Shown piece after piece: positions 10,296-18,188 of a stretch of DNA of 64,000 nt. The notes under the pieces were generated by a model. That model searched no databases, was not told where the DNA came from, and saw only the letters and a list, made by a program, of their open reading frames with translations. This DNA comes from Alphaproteobacteria bacterium (GTDB lineage: Bacteria; Pseudomonadota; Alphaproteobacteria; UBA828): positions 256,001-320,000 of the forward strand of contig CAXXVO010000004.1 in NCBI GenBank assembly GCA_963422645.2, given 5' to 3'. Position 1 is the stretch's first letter; each line of letters opens with the position of its first letter. Made by a program: the position numbers and the translations under genes.

Positions 10296-11016
10296 GGACC
10301 GCTCCCGTCACGCGAGAGAGCAGTCCATAGTCCCGCAACTCTATGAGGTCAAGAACCAATCGCGGTGGCAGAACCAGACCGCGGCCGCCGCCATAATCAC
10401 CGTCCTAAACTCAGGATTGGGGTACCTGGGTAGTTACGTTTCCTGAGGGCGATCGGAGACTTGGTGCCCAACGAAGGAGAGACCAAGAGGCGTATCCCCG
10501 ATCTTTCCCCTAACGATATTGCGGTCGCACTTTGGATCGAGGTCGACGATGTTGCGGCCCTACTTGGCTCGGATCTGGAAGGGCGCGGCTGGGTACAAAT
10601 ACTGGGGAGTGCGGCACGCCCGACCGGCAAAGCCTCGGCGTTCAAGATTCCGCATCATGGTTCGGAGAATGCCGACGAGCCGCAGGTGTGGCAGCGAATG
10701 CTGGATACCGATCCCTTCGCGGTGCTCACACCTTGGCGAAGAGGTGGACACACCTTACCGAGTGAGCCGGGCGTAAAGCGCATCCTGTCGAATACCACGA
10801 ACGCTTACGCAAGCTCAGCGCGCACATCCGTCGTGGCGTCCTCTAAGCGTCGAGGCCGTGCGGTTGATCGGACTATCCGGGAGTCGGGTGTCAAACTCCG
10901 ACGGCTCGATTTGTCTCCCGGCGCGGTTCGCCTGCGGAAGGTGATTCACGCTGAGGATCCCTGGCAAGTCGAGTTGTTTGGAGCGGCTTGTCATCTTGAG
11001 GACTTCGCTTAAGTGA

Positions 11017-11137
11017 TCGCGGCCTTCGTCGAGAAGCGCAGGCCAAGCTTCACCGGGCGCTGAACGATGGGCGCGCGCCTCGCGGGCAAGACCGCACTGA
11101 TCACGGCGGCGGGGCAAGGTATTGGCCACGCGACGGC
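11017..11137 (+). repeat. right copy of the island-flanking direct repeat
   Basis: Repeats the last ~50 bp of the crotonase gene and the SDR start. Confidence 0.92.
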
Positions 11138-11807
11138 CGTCGCCTTTCAGAAGGAGGGCGCGCGGCTTTGGGCCACCGACATCGACGAGAGCAAGCTCGC
11201 GGGCCTCGCCACGCTGGAGGGCGTCACCTGCCGGGCGCTCGATATTCGCGATGACGGCGCCGTGACGGCTGCGGCGGAGGAGATCGGCGCGCTCGACGTG
11301 CTCTTCAGCTGCGCCGGCCGCGTGCCCCACGGCGCACTCCTCGACTGCGAGCCCGCGGACTGGGAAGAGACGCTAAGCGTTAACGTCACCGCGATGTACC
11401 GGATGATCCGCGCCTTCCTGCCGGCCATGCTGGCCCAGGGCGGCGGCTCGATCATCAACATGGCGTCGGTGGTCTCCTCGGTGAAGGCCGCGCCCGACCG
11501 CTGCGCCTACGGCGCCAGCAAGGCTGCGGTCATCGGCCTCACCAAGTCGGTGGCGCTCGACTACGCCACGCAGGGCATCCGCTGCAACGCGGTCTGCCCC
11601 GGTGCGGTCGATACCCCTTCCCTCGATGAGCGCTTCAATGCCCGCCCCGACCCGGACGCCGCGCGCAAGGCATTCATCGCGCGCCACCCGCTGGGGCGGA
11701 TAGGATCGCCGTCGGAGATCGCGGCGCTCTGCGTCTATCTCGGCTCGGATGAGTCCGCCTTCACCACCGGGCAGGCGATGGTGATCGACGGCGCCTGGGG
11801 GCTGTAG
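11067..11807 (+). CDS. SDR-family oxidoreductase (BDH2-like)
   Basis: TAAGQGIG, YGASK and NAVCPG motifs. Confidence 0.92.
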   Translation: MGARLAGKTALITAAGQGIGHATAVAFQKEGARLWATDIDESKLAGLATLEGVTCRALDIRDDGAVTAAAEEIGALDVLFSCAGRVPHGALLDCEPADWEETLSVNVTAMYRMIRAFLPAMLAQGGGSIINMASVVSSVKAAPDRCAYGASKAAVIGLTKSVALDYATQGIRCNAVCPGAVDTPSLDERFNARPDPDAARKAFIARHPLGRIGSPSEIAALCVYLGSDESAFTTGQAMVIDGAWGL

Positions 11808-11812
11808 CCGCC

Positions 11813-13999
11813 CTACTCTCCGGCCGCCGGGCCCCTGCTTCCGGTGAGCGCGGCCATCATGTTGTCGATCAGCCGCATGCCGATGTTGTCGTCGAGGGAA
11901 AGGATCGATTCCGGGTGGAACTGGACGGCGGCGATCGGCCTCTCCTTGTGCTCCAGCGCCATGACGACGCCGTCGTCGGTCTCTGCGGTGACCCTGAGCA
12001 GGTCGCCGGGGAGCGACACGCGCGCGGCGTATAGCGAGTGATAACGGCCGACGCGAAAACGCTCGGGCAAGCCCTGAAAGAGCGCGCTGTCCCTCACCGT
12101 GACGTCCGAGGGCTTGCCGTGGACCGGCTCGTCGAGCTGGCCGAGCTGCCCGCCGAAGTACTCAGCCACGGCCTGGAGGCCCAAGCAGACGCCGAAGAGC
12201 GGCACGCCCTTCGCCAGCACCAACTCGATGGTCTCGGCGGTGCCGAAATCGGTGGGCCGGCCGGGGCCGGGCGAGAGCACGACCAGATCGGGCGTGTCCT
12301 CTTGCAGCATCCGGCGCGCGGGCTCTGGCCGAAGCGTTTCGACCTCGGCGCCGGTCTGGCGCAGGTAGTTGGCGAGCGTGTGGACGAAGGAATCCTCGTG
12401 GTCGACCAGGAGCACGCGCCTGGCAGGCCCCAACTGGGCTGAGGTTGCGCGTACCGGTGCGGGCGCCGCCTCCGCCCGCACGGCGGCGAAGAGCGCCGAC
12501 GCCTTGAGCCGGCATTCCTCGTCCTCGGCCTCTGGTTCGCTGTCGTAGAGCAGCGTGGCGCCAGCCCTGATCTCGGCGATGCCGTCCTTCATGCGGACGG
12601 TGCGGAGCGTGAGCCCGGTGTTCATCGCGCCGTCGAAGCCGATGCGGCCGATGGCGCCGCCGTACCAGCGGCGTGCCGAGCGCTCGTTCGCCTCGATGAA
12701 GCGGATCGCCCAGTGCTTGGGCGCGCCGGTTACCGTCACCGCCCAGGTGTGGCTGAGGAAGGCGTCGAGCGCGTCGAATTCGGGCCGGAGGATGCCTTCC
12801 ACGTGATCGACCGTGTGGATCAGGCGTGAGTAGAGCTCCACCTGGCGGCGGCCGATCACCCGCACCGAGCCAGGCTCGCAGATGCGTGACTTGTCGTTGC
12901 GGTCGACGTCGGTGCACATGGTGAGCTCGGCCTCGTCCTTGGCCGAGTTGAGCAGCTTCGCGATCTGGGCAGCGTCGCCGAGCGCATCCTTGCCGCGCGC
13001 GATGGTGCCGGAGATCGGGCAGGTCTCGACCCGGCGGCCCTCGACCCGCACGTACATCTCGGGCGAGGCCGCGACCAGGAACTCGCCGGCGCCGAGGTTC
13101 ATCAAGGCGCAGTAGGGCGCCGGGTTGATGGTGCGCAGCCGGTCGAACACCGCGGAGGGCGCGTCGGCACAGGCTTCGCTGAACTGCTGGCTCAGCACCA
13201 CCTCGAAGAGGTCGCCCCGGCGGAACGCATCCTTCGCGCGGTCGACCGCCGCCGGATACTGGCCCGGCTCGTGGTCGTTCTCGGGCGGCTCGTTGCCGGG
13301 AAGTGCGGGCCTGTAGGCGTCTTCTCTCGGGTCACGCGCCATGTCGCGCGTGTCACCGGTGGACGTGACGAAATCGTAGCGATGCCGCACCGCCCGGTCC
13401 GACATGTGATCGACGACCAGGATCTCGTCGGGCACGAAGAGCACCAGGTCGCGCTGGTCGGCGGGGCGCTCGAGCTTGAGCTCCACCGGTTCGAACTGGT
13501 GGGCGAGGTCGTAGCCGAAGGCGCCGTAGAGGCCGAAGTGCTGGTCTTCGTCGTTGCCGAAGAGCTCGATGATCGCGCGCAGCAGGCTGAAGATGGAAGG
13601 CTGCCGGCTGCGCTGCTCCTCCGGCACGATCTCCACCGGCGGGTGGATCTGCCCGTGCAGGCGATCGCCCTTCGCTTCCAGCGACGCGACGGCGGCGAGC
13701 GGCTCGACGGCGGCGCGGATGGGCTCCAGCAGAACCCGGCCTCGGGGCTCCAGCGCCGCGACCTCGAAGTCGCGCCCGCGGCAGGTGATGGCGAGCGGCG
13801 GGGCGGCGAAGCCCAGATCCCAGCGCGTGTAGCGGCCGGGGAACTCGAAGCAGGAGGACATGAAGACGCCGGGATAGCGGTCCAGACGCTCGACCAGAGC
13901 CGCGGCCGCAGGGCCGACCGCCGTCTCGCGGTCGTTGCGGTGGATGGTGATGCCGCCGCGGGTGCGATAGCGGCGGTCGCTGGCGACGGGTTCGCTCAT
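11813..13999 (-). CDS. trpE: anthranilate synthase, fused components I and II
   Basis: GDLFEVV, PISGT, TVTGAPK and YGGAIG, plus a C-terminal GATase (SPGPG, GVCLG, RYHSL, QFHPES). Confidence 0.95.
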   Translation of the reverse strand: MSEPVASDRRYRTRGGITIHRNDRETAVGPAAAALVERLDRYPGVFMSSCFEFPGRYTRWDLGFAAPPLAITCRGRDFEVAALEPRGRVLLEPIRAAVEPLAAVASLEAKGDRLHGQIHPPVEIVPEEQRSRQPSIFSLLRAIIELFGNDEDQHFGLYGAFGYDLAHQFEPVELKLERPADQRDLVLFVPDEILVVDHMSDRAVRHRYDFVTSTGDTRDMARDPREDAYRPALPGNEPPENDHEPGQYPAAVDRAKDAFRRGDLFEVVLSQQFSEACADAPSAVFDRLRTINPAPYCALMNLGAGEFLVAASPEMYVRVEGRRVETCPISGTIARGKDALGDAAQIAKLLNSAKDEAELTMCTDVDRNDKSRICEPGSVRVIGRRQVELYSRLIHTVDHVEGILRPEFDALDAFLSHTWAVTVTGAPKHWAIRFIEANERSARRWYGGAIGRIGFDGAMNTGLTLRTVRMKDGIAEIRAGATLLYDSEPEAEDEECRLKASALFAAVRAEAAPAPVRATSAQLGPARRVLLVDHEDSFVHTLANYLRQTGAEVETLRPEPARRMLQEDTPDLVVLSPGPGRPTDFGTAETIELVLAKGVPLFGVCLGLQAVAEYFGGQLGQLDEPVHGKPSDVTVRDSALFQGLPERFRVGRYHSLYAARVSLPGDLLRVTAETDDGVVMALEHKERPIAAVQFHPESILSLDDNIGMRLIDNMMAALTGSRGPAAGE

Positions 14000-14118
14000 C
14001 GCGCCCTTATCCCACCTGCCGAGAGGGCCAACAACCCCGGCTGGCACGGCCACAGCCGCATAGCGGCCAGGCGATCAGCGCCTCAAAATTGCCTTGATGC
14101 CGGGCAACGATCGAGAGG

Positions 14119-15576
14119 GTGCACCGAGAGAGAGCCGGGCACACAGTGATCGAAGAACCCGACACCCCGACCGAGGAGCGACCGGCGCTCGTGCTTCCAT
14201 TTGTTCCGGAGCAGCGGCGGTCCATCGCTGCTTGCGCGTATGCCATGAGCGACAGCCTGATCGGCGGCTTCGACGCCGCCGACTTCAAGGAAGACATCAC
14301 CGAGCGGAAATTCCTCTGGTTTCACCACTTCCTGGTGAACCATCCAGACGGCGTGAAGCACGTCCTGCAGGACAACGCCGCAAACTACGTCAAGGCCGGG
14401 ATCGTCCGCCCGCTGCTGACGCCGGCGCTGGGGAACGGCCTCGTCACCATCGAAGGCGACGCCTGGCGCTGGCACCGCCGCATCATGACGCCCGCCTTCA
14501 ACGCCAAGAGCGTCGCGGGCTACGCCGGCATCGTGACCGAGGCGACCGACGCCACGCTGCGCGCATGGGACGAGGACGGGTCGGACCGCCCGCTCGACCT
14601 CGAAGACGCCATGAAGGAGCTGACCCTCGATATCATCGCGCGCGCCATGTTCTCGTCGGACAGCGAGCGGATAAAGGACACCCTTCACCGGAGCTCGACC
14701 AGCTATCAGGCGGAAATGAACCTCAGCCCCTTCGCCTTGATTCCGGGGATCAACCGCGTGTGGGCCCGTCTCAAGGAGCGGCGGGCGGCGCGGATTCTGA
14801 AAGACCTGAACGTCCTGATGGCGCAACTCATCGAATCGCGAAAGGCCCGATCCAGCGGGCCTTCGAACGACGACCTGTTGGATCGGCTCCTGCACGCGCG
14901 CGACCCGGAAACCGGACGCGGGCTATCGGCGAGCGACGTGCGCGACGAGATGGTCACCATCTTCGTCGCCGGGCACGAAACAACGGCGCTGGCGCTCTGC
15001 TGGACATGGTTCCTGCTGTCGCAGCATCCGGAGGTCGAGCGGAGGGTCTGGGCGGAAGTGGACGACACGTTGAATGGCGCGGCACCTACCTGTGACGATG
15101 TTCGCCGCCTGACATACACGCGCATGGTCTTCGACGAGGCGCTCAGGCTCTTCCCCCCGGTTCACTCGCTCGCTTGGCGCCAGGCGCTGGAGTGGGACGA
15201 GGTCTGCGGGCGCGCAATCCCTGCGGGCGCCATCATCGGCATCATCCCCTGGGTCATCCATCGCCACCGCGCGCTGTGGGACGCACCGGAGCGCTTCGAC
15301 CCCGCGCGTTTCTCGCCGGAGCGGGGCAACGAACATCCGCGTTGCGCGTACATCCCCTTCAGTGTCGGCCCGCGCTTCTGCATCGGCGCCTCGCTGGCGT
15401 TGACCGTGGGCGTCATGGTGCTGGCGCATGTGGCGCAGCATTATCGGCTGCGCCTCGCCCCGGATCAGCCCGTCGAACCGCGCGGGCTGCTCACGCTTCA
15501 CCCGCGCAACGGGCTCCTTATGCGCCGCATCCGACGTAGCGCTCAGAGGCGGCGCAGCTCAACCACGGACTCGTAG
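14119..15576 (+). CDS. cytochrome P450
   Basis: AGHETT, EALR, PERFDP and FSVGPRFCIG heme motif; start uncertain. Confidence 0.93.
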   Translation: MHRERAGHTVIEEPDTPTEERPALVLPFVPEQRRSIAACAYAMSDSLIGGFDAADFKEDITERKFLWFHHFLVNHPDGVKHVLQDNAANYVKAGIVRPLLTPALGNGLVTIEGDAWRWHRRIMTPAFNAKSVAGYAGIVTEATDATLRAWDEDGSDRPLDLEDAMKELTLDIIARAMFSSDSERIKDTLHRSSTSYQAEMNLSPFALIPGINRVWARLKERRAARILKDLNVLMAQLIESRKARSSGPSNDDLLDRLLHARDPETGRGLSASDVRDEMVTIFVAGHETTALALCWTWFLLSQHPEVERRVWAEVDDTLNGAAPTCDDVRRLTYTRMVFDEALRLFPPVHSLAWRQALEWDEVCGRAIPAGAIIGIIPWVIHRHRALWDAPERFDPARFSPERGNEHPRCAYIPFSVGPRFCIGASLALTVGVMVLAHVAQHYRLRLAPDQPVEPRGLLTLHPRNGLLMRRIRRSAQRRRSSTTDS

Positions 15577-16420
15577 AGCGCGCTCCCGTTGGCCTTTCCG
15601 GCACGGACGCTGGACTCGACGATACTGCTGCCGACCCGCGTCTCGCGGGGAACGTGGATGCCAGCGACGGCGAAGCCCCGCGTTTCGGCGATCGAGGCGA
15701 GGAAGCGGTCGGTCGGGATCGGTACCCCCTGCAGGATCGAGTTTCCGATCACCACCAGCCCTGTCGCGCCCGGCCGCAGGCACCGGGCCGCGCCGTCGAG
15801 GAAGCGAGCGCAGTCGTTGAAGTACTGTGCCGCGTAGTTGGCCCAGCCGTTGCCGCCATAGACGCCCTTGTCGGGGTTGCGCTGCCTGACGGCGTCGATC
15901 GCTTCCCTGATCTCGCCGTTGTCGATGGAGGGGTCGAGGTCGATGCGCTCTCGGTCGCGGGCGTTTTGCCAGTAGGTGCCGAAGTTGAGCGCCTCCAGGC
16001 GCTTCAGGTCGCGCGGAGAGCAGCAGAACCCCAGCCAGTAGAGGTGCGGGCGGGTGTTGCGGTTGTAGTGGTAGTTGTTGAGGTAGGGCGGGGAGGTGAC
16101 GAGCAGGTCCACGCTCCCCTCCTCGAGCGCGCTGTAGCCCTCGAAGAAGGATTCTTCGAGCACGCGCCCATCGTCTCGCGCAGGGTTCGCGCGCGTGTCG
16201 CGATACCAGGCGGCATCGTCCGCCATCTGGCGGAGCTTCGCCGCGATGGCGCCGGCTACGTCGTGGTCCTCGACCTCAGGGCGCCCGACCGAGGCCTTGC
16301 GCCCCAAACTCAGACTTCCTGACCTCGTGATGCTGGCTGTTCTGGGCAGCGTGCCGGGAACTCCTTGAATTCTGATACATTTCGGTTGTTTCAGGCGGTT
16401 TTTCGCTGGGTGTCGCGCCC

Positions 16421-16438
16421 GAGGTCTGATATTATAAT
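16421..16438 (+). promoter_or_regulatory. candidate ISX promoter: TATAAT -10 box beside an internal TIR-like motif GAGGTCTG
   Basis: TATAAT at 16433-16438, 28 bp before ATG 16467. GAGGTCTG is the reverse complement of CAGACCTC, which matches the TIR subrepeat. The -35 box is weak. Confidence 0.45.
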
Positions 16439-17137
16439 TTGATACCAATTGCACGGGGTCTCAACCATGCCCAGTACCCTCCCAATGTGCCCTCCAGAGG
16501 CGGTCTCGATCGGCAACAGCTGCTTCGCCGTCCTGATCTCGGACGACACCTTCACCTACTTTTCCAACCTCATTCCCTTTGACAGCCACGCCGCCGATGA
16601 CCGCACGGCCATGCTCTTGCGGATCGGCCGCCTCGCGGCGATCAGCGCGGTCTCGCCGCAGGAACTGGCTGACGCTTTCGCTGTCTCGCGCGCGACGGTG
16701 CAGCGCGCACGACGGCGCTACCTGGCCGAGGGCGAAGCGGGGTTCATGAAGCCCCGGCGCGGTCGCGGGCCGTCGGTGTTCACTCCGGAGTTGGCGGAGA
16801 AGGCGACGGCGTTGCTGGCATCGGGCCTGAGCGGCTCTGCGGCGGCCCGGGTTCTCGGCGTGTCAGCGCCATCGGTCAACAAGTGGCGCCGTCAGGGACT
16901 GATCGGCAACACGGAGGCGGATGGGGAGCCCGGACGCTCAGCGCTGGCTGCGCCGCCTGACGCGGGTGCGGCTCCTGAAGGCCGTGTCGATGAAGAGAGT
17001 ACCGGTGCCCCGGGGCCGGAGACGGCGCCGGGGCTGGAAGCGCAGCCGCAAACGGATCGCAGCGCGCGCGATCGGCGGGACCGGCAGGCGCCGATGGGGC
17101 GTGCGACTTGCGATGTTCCGGCTCGGGTTCTGGCCAG

Positions 17138-18188
17138 ACCGCTTATGCACATGGCTCCGGTTCGATCAACATGCTGTAGGTAAGGGGTTTTGCATTGGTG
17201 GCGATGCGGAAGAGCGAGCGGAAAGCAGCGTGGCGGGTTTTGCGGCGGTTGAAGCGAAAGGCGAACTCATCGAGATAGGCCTGCAGATGCTTGCGGCGCA
17301 GCCCGTGGTAGACGCCTCGCGCCCATCCTTTGAGGTTGGAGAAGACTTGGTGGATCCACGGCAGGACGAGGTGAGCGGCGGTCTTCCCGACGACATGGAC
17401 ATTGTGGCGATCGGCGGGGACCGCAGCGTAGCCGGACCAGCCGTCGGTTTTCGCGATGGCGTCGGGATCGGCGGCGGTTTCGACGAAGTGTCCGAGGTCG
17501 GCGGCGCCGTAGGAGGAGATTTCGGCCAGCCGCAGGCGGCCCGGGATGGTTCCATCCCCCAGTTCGATGGCGCCGACGATGAGCATCTTGCCGTCGTGGC
17601 TGCGTCCTTGCCCTCCGGTGGGAGGATCGTCTTTGGTCCGGAATGGAAGGCTGGCCTCGTCGATTTCCACCAGGCCCGACAACGGGTTGCGCTCGGGGTC
17701 GACCATGCTGGCGCGCAGCTTGTGGGCGAGCAGCCAAGCGCTGCGGTAAGAGCCGATACCGAGCTGTTTCTGGAGCTGCAGGGCAGAGATGCCGTTGGAG
17801 TGGGTCGCCATCAGGTAGGCGGCCCAGAACCAGACGGTGAGCGGCAGCTTGCTGGCGTGCAGGATCGTCCCGGCCGTCACCGAGGTCTGCCGGCGGCAGC
17901 CGGCGCACTCGAAGGTGTGTGCTTTTCTGCGCAGCGCCCATCCCTTTTCATGGCCGCACGCGGGACAGACGAAGCCGTCCGGCCAGCGCATTTCGATCAG
18001 CCAGGCGGCGCAGGCGTCATCGTCCGGGAACATGTGCTGGAAGGCGAGGAGGCTGTCGGCGACCTGTTTCATGTGGTGGCTCCGTCGGCAGGAACGTATA
18101 GGCAACATTCTACCCGTTCTCCCGCCCTAACCTCAACCTCAACATCTGGTGGCAAACTCTCGCGACCGGAGCCATGTGCATAAGCGGT
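17138..18188 (-). mobile_element. IS1595-family element
   Basis: 24-bp TIR ACCGCTTATGCACATGGCTCCGGT; 8-bp TSD CTGGCCAG; 1051 bp. Confidence 0.95.
17143..18072 (-). CDS. IS1595-family transposase
   Basis: RWPDGFVCPACG Zn ribbon, VEIDE, TDG and YLDEFAFRFNRR. Confidence 0.93.
   Translation of the reverse strand: MKQVADSLLAFQHMFPDDDACAAWLIEMRWPDGFVCPACGHEKGWALRRKAHTFECAGCRRQTSVTAGTILHASKLPLTVWFWAAYLMATHSNGISALQLQKQLGIGSYRSAWLLAHKLRASMVDPERNPLSGLVEIDEASLPFRTKDDPPTGGQGRSHDGKMLIVGAIELGDGTIPGRLRLAEISSYGAADLGHFVETAADPDAIAKTDGWSGYAAVPADRHNVHVVGKTAAHLVLPWIHQVFSNLKGWARGVYHGLRRKHLQAYLDEFAFRFNRRKTRHAAFRSLFRIATNAKPLTYSMLIEPEPCA

Larger units (their letters stand above)
7927..10437 (-). mobile_element. IS66-family element (single-transposase, ISBst12-like) carrying a DNA methyltransferase, copy 1
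   Basis: TIRs GTAACTGCCCAGGTACCCC / GGGGTACCTGGGTAGTTAC; 8-bp TSD GTTTCCTG (7919-7926, 10438-10445); 2511 bp. Confidence 0.96.
7414..11012 (+). pseudogene. ComEC/Rec2-like metallo-beta-lactamase-fold hydrolase, interrupted by IS66
   Basis: DSC and THWHDDH lie in the 5' part; GSDLE and KIPHHGS in the 3' part. 7414-7926 plus 10446-11012 rejoin in frame (359 aa). Confidence 0.88.

Noticed and set aside
15543-16454. ORF-track 303-aa protein as an intact methyltransferase
   Set aside because: Its N-terminus is read out of the ISX left end; the real SAM-binding half lies at 19884-20455.
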